From an uncultured Methanomicrobiales archaeon (GTDB lineage: Archaea > Halobacteriota > Methanomicrobia > Methanomicrobiales > Methanospirillaceae): 64,000 bases of DNA. The position numbers and the translations under genes were made by a program. Positions 42,586-53,340 of this stretch are shown in pieces (the stretch's first letter is position 1; the number at the start of each line of letters is the position of its first letter). The notes below the pieces were generated by a model, which ran no database searches, was not told the origin of the DNA, and saw only the letters and a list, made by a program, of their open reading frames with translations. The stretch covers positions 64,001-128,000 of the forward strand of contig CAVWXH010000015.1 of the NCBI GenBank assembly GCA_963758915.1, given 5' to 3'.

Positions 42586-43500
42586 TTATATATTGAGCAG
42601 TATCTGCAATAAAAGTAGTGTGCCGATGAGAAGCGCTGAGAATACGATAGTAATCACCCTCACGGCTTTCAGAATATCCGGGCCTCCTTCCTCGAGTGAG
42701 CGGACACCTGGTCCGATGGTATAAACACCTGGTTTTTCAAACCTGACACCCGTGCCACCGGCCATGATCGCCATCGGGATACCGCCGTTAAATCCCGGCC
42801 GTTTTTTCCTATCCCTCTTTAAGGCCAGGTATGCGGGCTGGAACTGTCCCTTGCATGCGAAGTACAGGAGGAGCAACAGCCCGGTAATCCGGGCAGGAAT
42901 GTAATTGAGGATATCATCCATTCGCGCTGACCACCATCCGATATCTATCCGCTCATCTTTGTACCCGAGCATGGCATCCATCGTGTTTGCTGCCCTGTAT
43001 ACCGCTGCTCCCGTGAGCCCGGCTAATCCGAAAAAAAACAGCGGGGAGATGATGCTGTCTACCAGGTTTTCAGACATGGACTCATACCCGGCAGAAAGGA
43101 CCTGCTCCTTTGTCAGACTGCCACTATCCCGGGATACCATCCTCCCCACCTGTGACCTTGCAAGATCCAGGTCATGCCGGGCGGCGTTGACCACACAACT
43201 GGTATGTTCCTCCAGTGATCGCCATGCAAAACAGATTTTTAAGAGAAATGGTGCACAGATGAGGTACAGGTACCAGGGCAGGGCAATGCTGACGAGGAAA
43301 AATGGTAACGCAAAAATGAATACCGTCAGAACCCACATTACGGCACCGGCAAATTTCCTTACCCTGACGGGCCATATTTCCGGTTTTCCCCACCAGCTGA
43401 TCAGCCTGCCAAGGAGAGCAACAGGGTGAAACCTGGAATCGGGATCCCCTGCCAGACGGTCAATGAGAAGCGCAAGCGGAAGAACTATTGCGGGATACAA
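42586..43500 (-). CDS. cbiB: Adenosylcobinamide-phosphate synthase
   Basis: [44 protein letters not shown]. Confidence 0.92.
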   Translation of the reverse strand: MYPAIVLPLALLIDRLAGDPDSRFHPVALLGRLISWWGKPEIWPVRVRKFAGAVMWVLTVFIFALPFFLVSIALPWYLYLICAPFLLKICFAWRSLEEHTSCVVNAARHDLDLARSQVGRMVSRDSGSLTKEQVLSAGYESMSENLVDSIISPLFFFGLAGLTGAAVYRAANTMDAMLGYKDERIDIGWWSARMDDILNYIPARITGLLLLLYFACKGQFQPAYLALKRDRKKRPGFNGGIPMAIMAGGTGVRFEKPGVYTIGPGVRSLEEGGPDILKAVRVITIVFSALLIGTLLLLQILLNI

Positions 43501-43592
43501 ACCTGTCCCCCTTCCATTCCGACAAAAAAAGAAAGAATAGTCATATGATTGATTATCCGGGCGGAATAGCAGGTATTCCGATCCATGGTCCC

Positions 43593-43790
43593 TTACTGGT
43601 TAATCCCTGGGTGAGGGTCAGTTCGCGGAAGCAGGTCAGGGATCCCGTCACTGATTGGGTATACCACGCTGCAACTGGCACATGTCAGTGTCCCTTCGAT
43701 AATCCCGGCTTCATCTTCCTTCATGACCTCAAGTGCCAGGTCGCCCTTGCATACAGGGCAGCAGAGAATATCCAGCAGGCTTCTCTTCAT
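43593..43790 (-). CDS. trm112: Trm112-like methyltransferase activator
   Basis: LLDILCCPVCKGDL..LTCASC..YPISDGIPDLL. Confidence 0.88.
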   Translation of the reverse strand: MKRSLLDILCCPVCKGDLALEVMKEDEAGIIEGTLTCASCSVVYPISDGIPDLLPRTDPHPGINQ

Positions 43791-44797
43791 GGCTCGTCAC
43801 GGAGGTCAATGATCTGTGCGACGTCGGGCCCGGTGGAGATCAGGGTTATCGGTGCACCGATATCACATTCCGCTTTTTTAAGGAATGTGATCGCTTTCTC
43901 GGTGAGCTGATCATAACGGGTCGCACCAAAACAGGCTTCATCAATCCTGTCGATCCCGGTGATCGCCGCCTGGGTACAGCCGTTGATCATCGCCGAATAC
44001 CGTGCCATCTTCCCATCCCATTCACCAATGCGTCGCTGCCGGTGCGTTACGGTCCCGAACTCCTGGATGCCCATTTCATCCGACTCTTCCCTGGTCATCT
44101 CTGTGGAGAACGGCCCTTCACCAACCCGTGTAGGGTACGCCTTGAAGACTACGATTACATCGTCAATCCGGGTCGGACCAACCCCGTTATCCGCTGCGAT
44201 CTGCGAGGCGGAGGTATCCTTGCTGGTTACAAACGGGTACGTCCCATAATACAGTGAGATCCCAAAACCCTGGGTCCCTTCAAGGAGGACTCTTTCACCA
44301 CGGTCTAATGCGCTGTTCAGTTCCATCGGTACATCAATCAGGTATTCTTTCAACTCCGGAACGTCTCGTGCAAGTCTCGCTGACCTCATCACCCGGTCTG
44401 AATTGGCAGGTCCGCAACCGCTTCCGGTGCTCCCGATTGTCTTTGACAGGTGATCACTCCCCTTGTCTCTCCGGATGTGGTCTTCCTCGATTACCCCACA
44501 CCGCGAATCAACAAAAATCCGGCCCTTGACATCGAGCATGTCAACTTCTGTTTTTAATACCCTGGGATCCACAAGAACACCAGTGCCGATAAAAAGCCGT
44601 GCATCCGGATAAATAAAGCCTGACGGGACCATCCTGACCCCATACTCTTTTTCCCCCATCTTGACCGTGTGGCCGGCATTCGGCCCGACACCACCCCTTG
44701 AAATAATGGTTGGTTTGTCATGGTAAGCAATATGCGCAACTATCTTGCCCTTACCCTCATCACCAAAAAACCCACCGACAATAATCGTGCAGCTCAT
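43787..44797 (-). CDS. purA: Adenylosuccinate synthetase (short archaeal type)
   Basis: GDEGKGK, GPNAGHT, IGSTGSG, EGTQG, YPFVTS, GTVTHRQRR. Confidence 0.95.
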   Translation of the reverse strand: MSCTIIVGGFFGDEGKGKIVAHIAYHDKPTIISRGGVGPNAGHTVKMGEKEYGVRMVPSGFIYPDARLFIGTGVLVDPRVLKTEVDMLDVKGRIFVDSRCGVIEEDHIRRDKGSDHLSKTIGSTGSGCGPANSDRVMRSARLARDVPELKEYLIDVPMELNSALDRGERVLLEGTQGFGISLYYGTYPFVTSKDTSASQIAADNGVGPTRIDDVIVVFKAYPTRVGEGPFSTEMTREESDEMGIQEFGTVTHRQRRIGEWDGKMARYSAMINGCTQAAITGIDRIDEACFGATRYDQLTEKAITFLKKAECDIGAPITLISTGPDVAQIIDLRDEP

Positions 44798-45001
44798 AAG
44801 TTCTATCATGTAGTATGGGATGATAAGCGCAATAAATCTATATCCCGCAACCCTCGTCTGTTTCTGCGCAGGGTCTTACTTTCGAGGGGTATTTCTTCGG
44901 GAGTTGCCGGTTTCCCGGTTGCGACTCTGAAATAATCTCTTAAAAAGAGGAGAGAGAAAAAATTTGGTGCTCTTAATCTGGTTGTTGGCATTCCCAACAG
45001 A

Positions 45002-46165
45002 TTATGTACGAAGGTTTGACATGAAACGCTCTATCCTGATGACAGCCTCTTTCAAATCCTTCCGTGAGACAGCATAGGCACACCGGAGATGGTCTCTTGC
45101 TGCATCCCCGAACACTGTTCCAGGGACCACTGCGACCCGTTCTTCTTTCAGGAGTTGTTCAGCAAATTCAAAATCTGAAAGCCCCGTTGACTTTACCGAC
45201 GGGAATGCATAAAACGCACCTTCAGGCACATGGCATGGGAGCCCGATCCGGTTCAGATCATGGACAAACAGATTTCTTCGTACGCGGTATTCCGTAACCA
45301 TCTTATCCTTTTCATCCTCGCCGGACCGTATCGCCGCGTTCGCAGCTATCTGCCCCATTACGGGTGCACAGAGCATAACGTACTGGTGGATCTTCAGTGC
45401 TGCATCACAGATTGGCTCAGGCGCGCAGAGATATCCGATCCGCCATCCGGTCATGGCATAGGCTTTTGAAAACCCGTTCAGGGTAATGGTCCGCTCCCAT
45501 AAGCCATCAATGGTCGCAGGTGCTACATGGGACCCCTCGTACGTCAGCTCCGCGTACACCTCATCACTGATAACCAGCAGGTCATGATCCACGACAATAT
45601 CTGCAATGGCCTTCAGATCATCCCGCTTCATAACTGCGCCGGTGGGGTTGTTCGGGAAGTTAAGGATCAGGACTTTGCTCTTTTTCGAGATCTTTTCCAT
45701 CAGTGCATCCGGCATAAGCCTGAACTGGTCTTTCTCGTGGCATGGTACCGGAACCGGCACACCGCCAGCAAGAGTTACACACGGTGCATAGGAGACGTAA
45801 ATCGGTTCAGTAACAAGGGCTTCGTCACCGGGGTCAATAACTGCCCTTATTGCAATATCGAGTGCTTCTGAAACCCCGCTGGTGATGATCATCTCCCTGT
45901 CAGCATCGTAGTGGAGTCCATAATGGCTTTTTAAGTATTCTGACAACGAGTCCCGCAACTCCTGGAGTCCACGGTTTGAAGTATATGAGGTTAAGCCCTG
46001 TTCTATCGAATAGATCCCCGATTCGCACACGTTCCATGGGGTGGTGAAATCGGGTTCCCCGACACCGAGGGAGATCACATCGTCCATCGTAAGGGCGAGA
46101 TCAAAAAATTTCCGGATGCCGGATGGTGGTATCGCTTCCGCGGATTTTGAGATGAAGTTTCTCAT
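45002..46165 (-). CDS. PLP-dependent aminotransferase class I/II
   Basis: [47 protein letters not shown]. Confidence 0.92.
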   Translation of the reverse strand: MRNFISKSAEAIPPSGIRKFFDLALTMDDVISLGVGEPDFTTPWNVCESGIYSIEQGLTSYTSNRGLQELRDSLSEYLKSHYGLHYDADREMIITSGVSEALDIAIRAVIDPGDEALVTEPIYVSYAPCVTLAGGVPVPVPCHEKDQFRLMPDALMEKISKKSKVLILNFPNNPTGAVMKRDDLKAIADIVVDHDLLVISDEVYAELTYEGSHVAPATIDGLWERTITLNGFSKAYAMTGWRIGYLCAPEPICDAALKIHQYVMLCAPVMGQIAANAAIRSGEDEKDKMVTEYRVRRNLFVHDLNRIGLPCHVPEGAFYAFPSVKSTGLSDFEFAEQLLKEERVAVVPGTVFGDAARDHLRCAYAVSRKDLKEAVIRIERFMSNLRT

Positions 46166-46175
46166 TCTGACACCT

Positions 46176-46667
46176 TCAGAACGAATATGGAATGCGTTCG
46201 GTCACTTCATGCCCGCAGAGGGTATTACCATTCTCTTTATAATTTTTCATGATAATATGGGTTGCAGTTTCCCGGATCCGGTCCATCGGTGCGATATGTT
46301 CAGAGACGAACCTCGCAACCTCCTGCATATTTTTCCCCGTAACAAGAAGCTGGAAATCATATGTCCCGGTGATTAAACGGAGCGATCTCACCTGTTTAAA
46401 TTTCGAGATCCGCTCAGCGATCCGGTCGTACCCAAAGTCCCTCTCGGGGTTTACTTTCAGTTCAATAATGGCCCAGACCTCTCCATGCCCTGCCCGCTCC
46501 CAGTCAATGACTGCAGAATATTTTCTGATTACCAGGGCCTCCTCAAGAGCTGCTATCCTGCACTCAACATCCCTGGCAGAAATTTCTGTCATGACCGAGA
46601 GTTCATCAACCGATACACGACTATTTTCCTCGAGTAACTGGAGGAGGAGGAGATCTTTTTCGTCCAT
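46176..46667 (-). CDS. Lrp/AsnC family transcriptional regulator
   Basis: N-terminal HTH (LLEENSR), C-terminal RAM domain (LITGTYD, ETATHIIMKNYK). Confidence 0.88.
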   Translation of the reverse strand: MDEKDLLLLQLLEENSRVSVDELSVMTEISARDVECRIAALEEALVIRKYSAVIDWERAGHGEVWAIIELKVNPERDFGYDRIAERISKFKQVRSLRLITGTYDFQLLVTGKNMQEVARFVSEHIAPMDRIRETATHIIMKNYKENGNTLCGHEVTERIPYSF

Positions 46668-46672
46668 TTTGT

Positions 46673-47956
46673 TCACCTGAACAGGCTCTTTACCCAGTTG
46701 CTATCAATCTGGGCAAGACCCTGCTGACTTAGCCTGGGATCGTTCAGTATTACATCCCGTATTTTATAGGTATTCGTGTCAAACCACATCTCTTTTGTCC
46801 TTCCATAACGGCCGCGGCTGACAACACGGGTATTGATTACACCAAGCATATTGAGCTCGCTGATCAGGTCCGTAATCCTGCGGTGTGTAAGGACGTCAAT
46901 ATCAATTTTCGGGGCAATATCCTGGTAGATACGGGATACCTCCCCGCTCGTAAAAATATTCTGGCCCGTCTGATCTAGAAGCAGCATACAGTAGAGGATT
47001 GCTTTACTCTGGGTGGGAAGCGTTGAAATGCATTCAATCATGCTGTCACTCTCAATCTTGGCCTGGGCCATTTTTACGTGCTCCTCGGTGACCCGGTCTG
47101 TATCTGCCCTGTCTGCGAGTTCCCCTGACACCCGCAGCAGGTCGAGAGCGCGTCGGGCATCACCATGTTCCTGGGCAGCAAGGGCAGAACAGAGAGGTAT
47201 AACCCCTTCATCCAGGGCATTTTCCACAAATGAGGCTTCTGCGCGCTGTAAAAGGATATCAACGAGTTGGGGTGCATTATAGGGAGGAAAAACCAGTTCT
47301 TCCTCGCTGAGCGATGACAGGACACGGGGATCAAGGAAATCCTTGAAACTCAAATCGTTTGAGATACCAATCATGCTGACCTTGGACTTCTTCAGATCGG
47401 TATTGATCCTTGTAAGATTGTAGAGCGTCTCATCCCCGCTCTTTTTTACCAGCTTATCAATTTCATCAAGGATAATGATGAGAACCCCGCCATTTGATTC
47501 CAGCTGGTTTTTCAGTTCCTGGTATACCTGGTCTGTCGGCCATCCGGTCATCGGAATATGAGCACGGAGTTTATCACTTGCCGTCTCATCTGGACCAAGG
47601 ATACATTTTGAGATCTGGGCGAGAATCCGGTACTGTGTATCGATAACTTCACAGTTGAGGTGAACAACCCGGCATACCATCCCCATCTGGGAACTTGCAT
47701 TTTCCAGCTCTGTACCTACATAGCGGACACAGGCTGTCTTTCCAGTCCCGGTCTTTCCGTAAATAAGGATATTTGACGGGGTTTCGTTTTTCAGGGCTGG
47801 CGCAAGAATTGAAGCAATCTGATCGATTTGTGGCCGCCTGTGAGGCAGAATGTTTGGCCGGTAGGAATGCCTGAGGACCTCCCGGTTTTTGAATATTTTA
47901 TTGTTTGTGAGGAACTTTTTAAAAAGTCCGACTGATGTTTCTTGGTCTTCAGGCAT
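46673..47956 (-). CDS. cdc6: Orc1/Cdc6 replication initiator
   Basis: LPHR, YGKTGTGKT Walker A, ILDEID Walker B, GDARRALDLLR, winged-helix SRGRYGRT. Confidence 0.96.
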   Translation of the reverse strand: MPEDQETSVGLFKKFLTNNKIFKNREVLRHSYRPNILPHRRPQIDQIASILAPALKNETPSNILIYGKTGTGKTACVRYVGTELENASSQMGMVCRVVHLNCEVIDTQYRILAQISKCILGPDETASDKLRAHIPMTGWPTDQVYQELKNQLESNGGVLIIILDEIDKLVKKSGDETLYNLTRINTDLKKSKVSMIGISNDLSFKDFLDPRVLSSLSEEELVFPPYNAPQLVDILLQRAEASFVENALDEGVIPLCSALAAQEHGDARRALDLLRVSGELADRADTDRVTEEHVKMAQAKIESDSMIECISTLPTQSKAILYCMLLLDQTGQNIFTSGEVSRIYQDIAPKIDIDVLTHRRITDLISELNMLGVINTRVVSRGRYGRTKEMWFDTNTYKIRDVILNDPRLSQQGLAQIDSNWVKSLFR

Positions 47957-47957
47957 G

Positions 47958-47970
47958 ATTTCCAGTGGAG
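47958..47970 (-). promoter_or_regulatory. Mini-ORB immediately upstream of cdc6 start codon
   Basis: Minus strand CTCCACTGGAAAT followed by C-ATG. Confidence 0.6.
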
Positions 47971-48023
47971 TTAAACCTTAGATATTCGTGCATAAATTCT
48001 GATCGTTTTTTCCGCCGGTATTC

Positions 48024-48045
48024 ACCCCATTGTTTCCACTGGAAA
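48024..48045 (-). promoter_or_regulatory. ORB (Orc1 binding site)
   Basis: Minus strand TTTCCAGTGGAAACAATGGGGT, matches the euryarchaeal ORB consensus with G-string. Confidence 0.88.
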
Positions 48046-48775
48046 GATTAATTTTTAAGTCCGTATTCCCGTTTTATTCCCCGCCTATTCATATTTTCTG
48101 AACAGTGGAAGGACCAGTGTCGCGCATCCAACGATTATATAGTCTATTCAATATGACGCGATCTGTTTATTGCCGAAATGAAAGAGCGCATCGCCGGTAT
48201 CCACACTCTTACGTCGGGTTCTCCCATGGTACAGGAAAAACCCCAAAAGGAGCCCTTTTTTTAATTCGGAATTTTAGTTATTTGGTTGTGTTGTTTTTTT
48301 GTTTTGATTTTTAGTCTTTTCCGGTTCTGGTCTTAACCCCGATAATGACAAATCTGGAAAAAGCGATGTCTTTCGTTCCGTCATTTCCTTCTATCCAGAC
48401 CTTTTTTCTCTCCCTCGTAAAAAATTACCTGGTTTGTCCGATTGATACTTCTTTTTCCGCGCTTCCCGTTATTCCTCGCTCAATATGACGAATGACACAA
48501 TGTCAAGAAAAGAAGGAGTTTTGTTTTCCCCTTTTTTATTGGTTATTCTTTTAACCTCTTCTTTCTGTTAGAATTGGTGCTTATTGGCTGGCGTTTCGTT
48601 TGTTTTCTTTTTCCCTGGGTTCCTCTTTTTTCCTTATATTTGAGACTGATTACAAAGTAAGGTTTGATTTTCCATAGGAACAGGTAAACCAACAGTATTC
48701 ATTTCTTTCAGACCTGAGAGAGGGAACGCTAAAGGATAAGCCAATGAATTACCTTTTTCCGGGGTCTGATCCCAG

Positions 48776-48796
48776 ACCCTTTGATTTCCATTGGAG
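48776..48796 (-). promoter_or_regulatory. ORB (Orc1 binding site)
   Basis: Minus strand CTCCAATGGAAATCAAAGGGT. Confidence 0.8.
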
Positions 48797-49255
48797 GTTG
48801 GAATGTTTAAAAGGATAGAGAAATTTAAAAAAAGAACAATATGTTTAGCTTGTTGTCTTGTATGCGGATATTGCTATATATGCATTGCGAAATACTATTC
48901 AGTGCCGGAAAATAAACAACAAAGGAACATAAATTCTTTGTCCTTTTATGCGGCTCCTTTTTTGGTGCCCGTTTGCTTTTCCGTTTTTTGGAACTGGAAA
49001 TTAACGATATACGGAAAAGGGAAAGAAAAAAAGAAAAAGCAGAACAGAGAAACCGAGCAACCAACCACAATCAAAAAAAGAACCAACAAAAACAACATCA
49101 AGGAATCTTCCGTCTTAATAGAGAATTGACACGAAAAACAACGAGAAAGGCATCAGTAGCGGCGAAACAAACAGAACCTGTCCAATGACGACCAACCAAA
49201 CAGAGTAACACCCGGGCGTTGTCATATATTGTCATAGGACCGGAACCAGAAAAAA

Positions 49256-49276
49256 CTCCAGAGGAAACAAGGGGGT
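49256..49276 (+). promoter_or_regulatory. ORB (Orc1 binding site), inverted relative to the others
   Basis: CTCCAGAGGAAACAAGGGGGT. Confidence 0.82.
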
Positions 49277-49347
49277 CCCGGCAAACCCAAAAACGAAAAG
49301 AAACGGGAAATGTTATGCCATTGTCAATCTATCATAATAGTGATGCA

Positions 49348-49836
49348 ATGAACCCGGAACATGTACAACCCATCCCAATAACAACAGGTATCATTACCGT
49401 TTCAAGCTCGAGGAACAGAGAAACGGATTCCAGTGGAAAGATCATAGCAACAGAGCTCGGCCAGGCAGGGTATCCCGTTGACTACTACGAGATTGTGCCT
49501 GACCAGATCGAACAAATACGGATTGCAATGGATAATGGGCTGAAAAAATGTGATTGCCTGATTCTGAACGGAGGAACAGGACTAACATCCGATGACTGCA
49601 CCATCGAAGCCATTGAACCCCTTTACGAGAAAAAAATTGACGGGTTCGGTGAACTGTTCAGGATGAAAAGCTATGAGGAAATCGGACCAGCTGCTATGCT
49701 TTCAAGGGCAAGTGCCGGGATCATTCGGAAACATCTCGTTTTCTGTATTCCCGGCTCCAATGCCGCGGTGAAACTGGCGATGATCACCCTGATAATTCCC
49801 GAAATCCGTCATATACTGACTCATACAAGGAAATAA
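49348..49836 (+). CDS. moaB: Molybdopterin adenylyltransferase MoaB/MogA family
   Basis: IITVSSSR, DSSG, VPD, NGGTG..DDCT, GFGELFR, LSRASAG, IPGS. Confidence 0.9.
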   Translation: MNPEHVQPIPITTGIITVSSSRNRETDSSGKIIATELGQAGYPVDYYEIVPDQIEQIRIAMDNGLKKCDCLILNGGTGLTSDDCTIEAIEPLYEKKIDGFGELFRMKSYEEIGPAAMLSRASAGIIRKHLVFCIPGSNAAVKLAMITLIIPEIRHILTHTRK

Positions 49837-50145
49837 AAAAGGGACCATTTAACCCCAGACAACTGCCTTTTCCGGAAAACAACAGGCAAAATTCAGACCC
49901 GATGTATCCAGGTGCGTTTTTCGGCAGCCAGGGGAAAAAAGCCCCCTCTGATGGTAGGTTGAATTATTAAAGCGGTATAGCGGCATATTTTTAATAATGG
50001 GTGCAATGATCCGGCCAGTCATGGAAGGGGCTCATAATTCCAACGGTTTGCGTATTCTGGAAGGCATCTTTGAAAACCAGGTTCACAGGTCGCATGTCTG
50101 CAAAAAGGGGAAGGTGTATTGTTAAAAAGGCTACAAGCCTACAAA

Positions 50146-50235
50146 ATGAAAATGCCAGTGGGGATTTTCATATTAAACGCCTATGACCGCCCTGCGGTCG
50201 GGCATAAAGAATGAAATTGCCGATGGGATTTTCAT
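50146..50235. repeat. Two direct copies of a palindromic 25-26-mer around a GC hairpin
   Basis: ATGAAAATGCCAGTGGGGATTTTCAT (50146-50171) and ATGAAATTGCCGATGGGATTTTCAT (50211-50235); spacer contains GACCGC-CCT-GCGGTC. Confidence 0.7.
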
Positions 50236-50496
50236 TGGAAATGCCCGGGGCCTTTTACCATCATGCCTGTTTTCATTGGGTGTGTCTGTCACGGGAGGAA
50301 TCATGTTGTTTTTAATGCGACAGATAGCAGCATTAAAAATTCCTGTGCGTGTTCCGGAGTGCGATACCTGTTTTCTTACCAGTTTGCTATGGTATACGGA
50401 TCCACTGGCAGGATGAGAAAAGCTGACTGAACCGACTTCTTCAAACCCGCCGGGCCATCATACATTACCGCACCATCCCCATGATCTGTTTTGCGA

Positions 50497-51063
50497 TTAT
50501 TTATTCACTTCAAGAAGTGCGACCCTTTCAAGAACGAGTTCTTGTATCCGATCTCCTCCCGTCACCTCAATTTCATCGTTGGTGATACCAAACAAAGAAA
50601 TCAGTATATTCATTTTTTCATCTGTAATCCGCTCCCAGTCTTCGGTTGATATGGTCATCACGGTTAAGAGCTCAGACCATATCTGGGAAGTTATCGGGTA
50701 AACGCAGAGATAGCAGTTATTCAACCCCTGGTGAACACCGAATTTTGCTGCGTCCTGGCACTGGCGGGATCCTGCTGCATAAAGGAGTGCCTCAATTTCA
50801 AAGGAACTGGAAATACAGGAGCCCCGTTTCATCGCCCTTTTTGCATGGAGCATTGCAGAAATAACATGATCCTGCCCTGCCATGAGCTCTGCATTGAAAC
50901 AGACAATAAAAACACCACTCCGGTTAGAAAGGTCCCGTAACCAAGAGAGGAAGTTTCCGATATCCCGGACCTGAAATGATACCTGACGGATTTCGAAATC
51001 CAGATTCCGGACAGTACTATCATTGATGATATCCTTTCGACTCCTGTTGTCAGATGTATCCAT
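50497..51063 (-). CDS. cgi121: KEOPS complex subunit Cgi121
   Basis: FNAELMAGQDHV..A, EIEALLYAAGSRQC..A..FG, ELVLERVALL. Confidence 0.87.
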   Translation of the reverse strand: MDTSDNRSRKDIINDSTVRNLDFEIRQVSFQVRDIGNFLSWLRDLSNRSGVFIVCFNAELMAGQDHVISAMLHAKRAMKRGSCISSSFEIEALLYAAGSRQCQDAAKFGVHQGLNNCYLCVYPITSQIWSELLTVMTISTEDWERITDEKMNILISLFGITNDEIEVTGGDRIQELVLERVALLEVNK

Positions 51064-51113
51064 TTTCTACCCCTGATTGATGTTATATCCGGGTTACCCG
51101 GGGGAAAACCCAC

Positions 51114-53285
51114 TTATTCCTCAAAATGGGATAACATGGATTGCGTTTTGCGGGTCACTGGTCTTTCCCCGGACTCAACCTGTTCTTCTCGGTTCTTAGA
51201 ACTCTGCCTTTTTTCGGAGTTAAATAATTTGTCTGTAATACCCTTTCCAAGGATTTGTGCGACCCGGTCTTTTCCCGCCGAATGAAGGTCTTCCGGTGAT
51301 GTAATCCCGCTGTTAAACAGGCGCCGTGCGCGCACACGACCGATGTTCCTGATTTTTACCAGCGGCAATAACTCCCTTTTTACACCGTATTTCATACAGT
51401 ATTCAAATTCTCTGACCTGGTTACGGAAACGGGGAGAGAACATCGGGGCAAGTCTTGAGGTCGCATGAAGCAGCCAGTTCACGCTTTCAACCATCGAATA
51501 AATATCCCCCGGGCCTACTGAATACCGTTCGCATATCATTGTATCAGAGAGCTCGTTTGCCCAGTCCTGGAGAAGCATCGTTGTTTTTAAACCCCTGTAA
51601 TATGCCTCCTCCTCGTCAGCGGGTAACGGGAGCCATAGTTCATCTCCACGGTCGCCGAGAAACCGGTCAAGGTACGGGATATCCTTGTTGCTTACATAGA
51701 GGGTGTACATATCGGGTGTGCTGCAAATCAACTGGAGAAGCCCGATATCTGAGTAATCCTCTGCAGAACACATCCCACTCACAATTGCATCTGCACCCCG
51801 CGGGTCGATATATAACTGGGAAATAAGAGCCCCGAATTCTGTAGCTGATAGAATTGCACCATTTTCAGTGATCATTTCGGTCGTCAGAAGAAATTCGATT
51901 ACCTGCGCAATAACACGAGGGATTACCCTGCTCTGTTTATGCTGGTAGAGAAAAAAAGTCCTGTCCATAAAAGCAGAAATCTCCTCCCGGGACCTGACAA
52001 AGCCGGAAGCAATAAGCGAAAGGATATGGGTACAGAGTGCCGTCTCGGTTCCGCACTGTGAATAGACATCTTCCGCCGGGGCATCAATATACCATTCGAA
52101 CAGTGCTTCGACATCCTGGTCGTCTTTTGCAATCAGGACGGCCTCACCATAGGGGTCGAGATGGGGGCGTCCTGCACGACCGGCCATCTGGTGGTATTCC
52201 CTCACGGGGATTGGGACCATGCCTTCCCCGGAAGTGAAACGACGATAGTCCCTGATAATTACCCTTCTTGCAGGAAGGTTAAGCCCGGCCGCCAGGGTTG
52301 GCGTGGAGGATATACACCTGATATGTCCTTTCCGGAAGCCCCCCTCTATTATTGCCCTGGCTTCTCGTTTCAGCCCTGCATGATGGAATGCGGCCCCGGA
52401 CTCGATACAAGCGGCAAGTAATTTATCATTATCCGTTTCCGCCATTTTTTTAATTCTTTCTGATAGCTCCTTCAATTCTGGATTCTCTAATTTAAAGGCA
52501 GATGCAGCCCGCTTTGCAAAAGCCTCTGCATTTTTCCTTGACGAGACAAACACAAGACACTGGCCACCTTCGGTAATCGTGTCCATGCAGAGGTTGAGGT
52601 CATCGTACTTTGATACGGTCTCTACCGGGCGGCAAACCTCGTGAAACCTGATCTTTCCGTTATAAAATACACCCTGCCGGAGGTCAACAGGTCTCCATTC
52701 GCTTGTTACGAGCTCCGCGTCCATCCAGCGGGCGAGCACACCCGGGTTCCCGATCGTTGCACTCAATGCGATAACCTGCATATCCGGGTTACGATACCTC
52801 ATTTTTGTGATGACCATCTCAAGCGTTGCCCCGCGATCAGGAGAATCGATCAGGTGGACCTCATCGACAACCAGGAGTGAAATATCCTTTATCCATGGCG
52901 CAGTGTTCCTGATGAGGGAATCTACTTTCTCGCTCGTTGCAACGATGATATCATTCTTTCCAAGCGACTCGTCCCGCCGGTCTAAATCTCCAGTGGAAAT
53001 CCCAACGCGGACATCTTTCCTTGAAAATTCATCAAACTTTTCACTTGCAAGTGCCTTGAGGGGGACTATATAGAGGCACTTTCCCGATTTCCCGATATGG
53101 TGGTGCATAGCCATCTCGGCCACAAGGGTCTTTCCGCTCGCGGTAGGGATCGCAACAAGGAGGTTTTTTTTGTCAAACATTCCCTTCCGGACGCATTCCG
53201 CCTGGGGTGGGTACAGGTCCGAAATCCCGGCCTTGTTATAATATGCCTTCAGGTGCCCCGATATTGGTAATTCCTCGATTTTCAT
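51114..53285 (-). CDS. hel308: Ski2-like DNA helicase Hel308
   Basis: [50 protein letters not shown]-terminal HhH. Confidence 0.95.
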   Translation of the reverse strand: MKIEELPISGHLKAYYNKAGISDLYPPQAECVRKGMFDKKNLLVAIPTASGKTLVAEMAMHHHIGKSGKCLYIVPLKALASEKFDEFSRKDVRVGISTGDLDRRDESLGKNDIIVATSEKVDSLIRNTAPWIKDISLLVVDEVHLIDSPDRGATLEMVITKMRYRNPDMQVIALSATIGNPGVLARWMDAELVTSEWRPVDLRQGVFYNGKIRFHEVCRPVETVSKYDDLNLCMDTITEGGQCLVFVSSRKNAEAFAKRAASAFKLENPELKELSERIKKMAETDNDKLLAACIESGAAFHHAGLKREARAIIEGGFRKGHIRCISSTPTLAAGLNLPARRVIIRDYRRFTSGEGMVPIPVREYHQMAGRAGRPHLDPYGEAVLIAKDDQDVEALFEWYIDAPAEDVYSQCGTETALCTHILSLIASGFVRSREEISAFMDRTFFLYQHKQSRVIPRVIAQVIEFLLTTEMITENGAILSATEFGALISQLYIDPRGADAIVSGMCSAEDYSDIGLLQLICSTPDMYTLYVSNKDIPYLDRFLGDRGDELWLPLPADEEEAYYRGLKTTMLLQDWANELSDTMICERYSVGPGDIYSMVESVNWLLHATSRLAPMFSPRFRNQVREFEYCMKYGVKRELLPLVKIRNIGRVRARRLFNSGITSPEDLHSAGKDRVAQILGKGITDKLFNSEKRQSSKNREEQVESGERPVTRKTQSMLSHFEE

Positions 53286-53340
53286 CAGTCAACCCCCGGA
53301 CATTTGATGCAAAATACCCTATATCCAGCTCCAAATTCCG

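Larger units (their letters stand above)
47957..49300. other. Chromosomal replication origin (oriC)
   Basis: 1.35-kb AT-rich non-coding region upstream of cdc6 with several ORB boxes and a T-rich to A-rich strand switch. Confidence 0.85.

Noticed and set aside
48105-49188. Short ORFs in the cdc6 upstream region
   Set aside because: Low-complexity K/F-rich translations arising from the origin's A/T tracts.
50146-50235. Mini-CRISPR array (26-bp repeats, 39-bp spacer)
   Set aside because: Only two non-identical repeats, the spacer is itself a hairpin, and there is no leader or cas gene.
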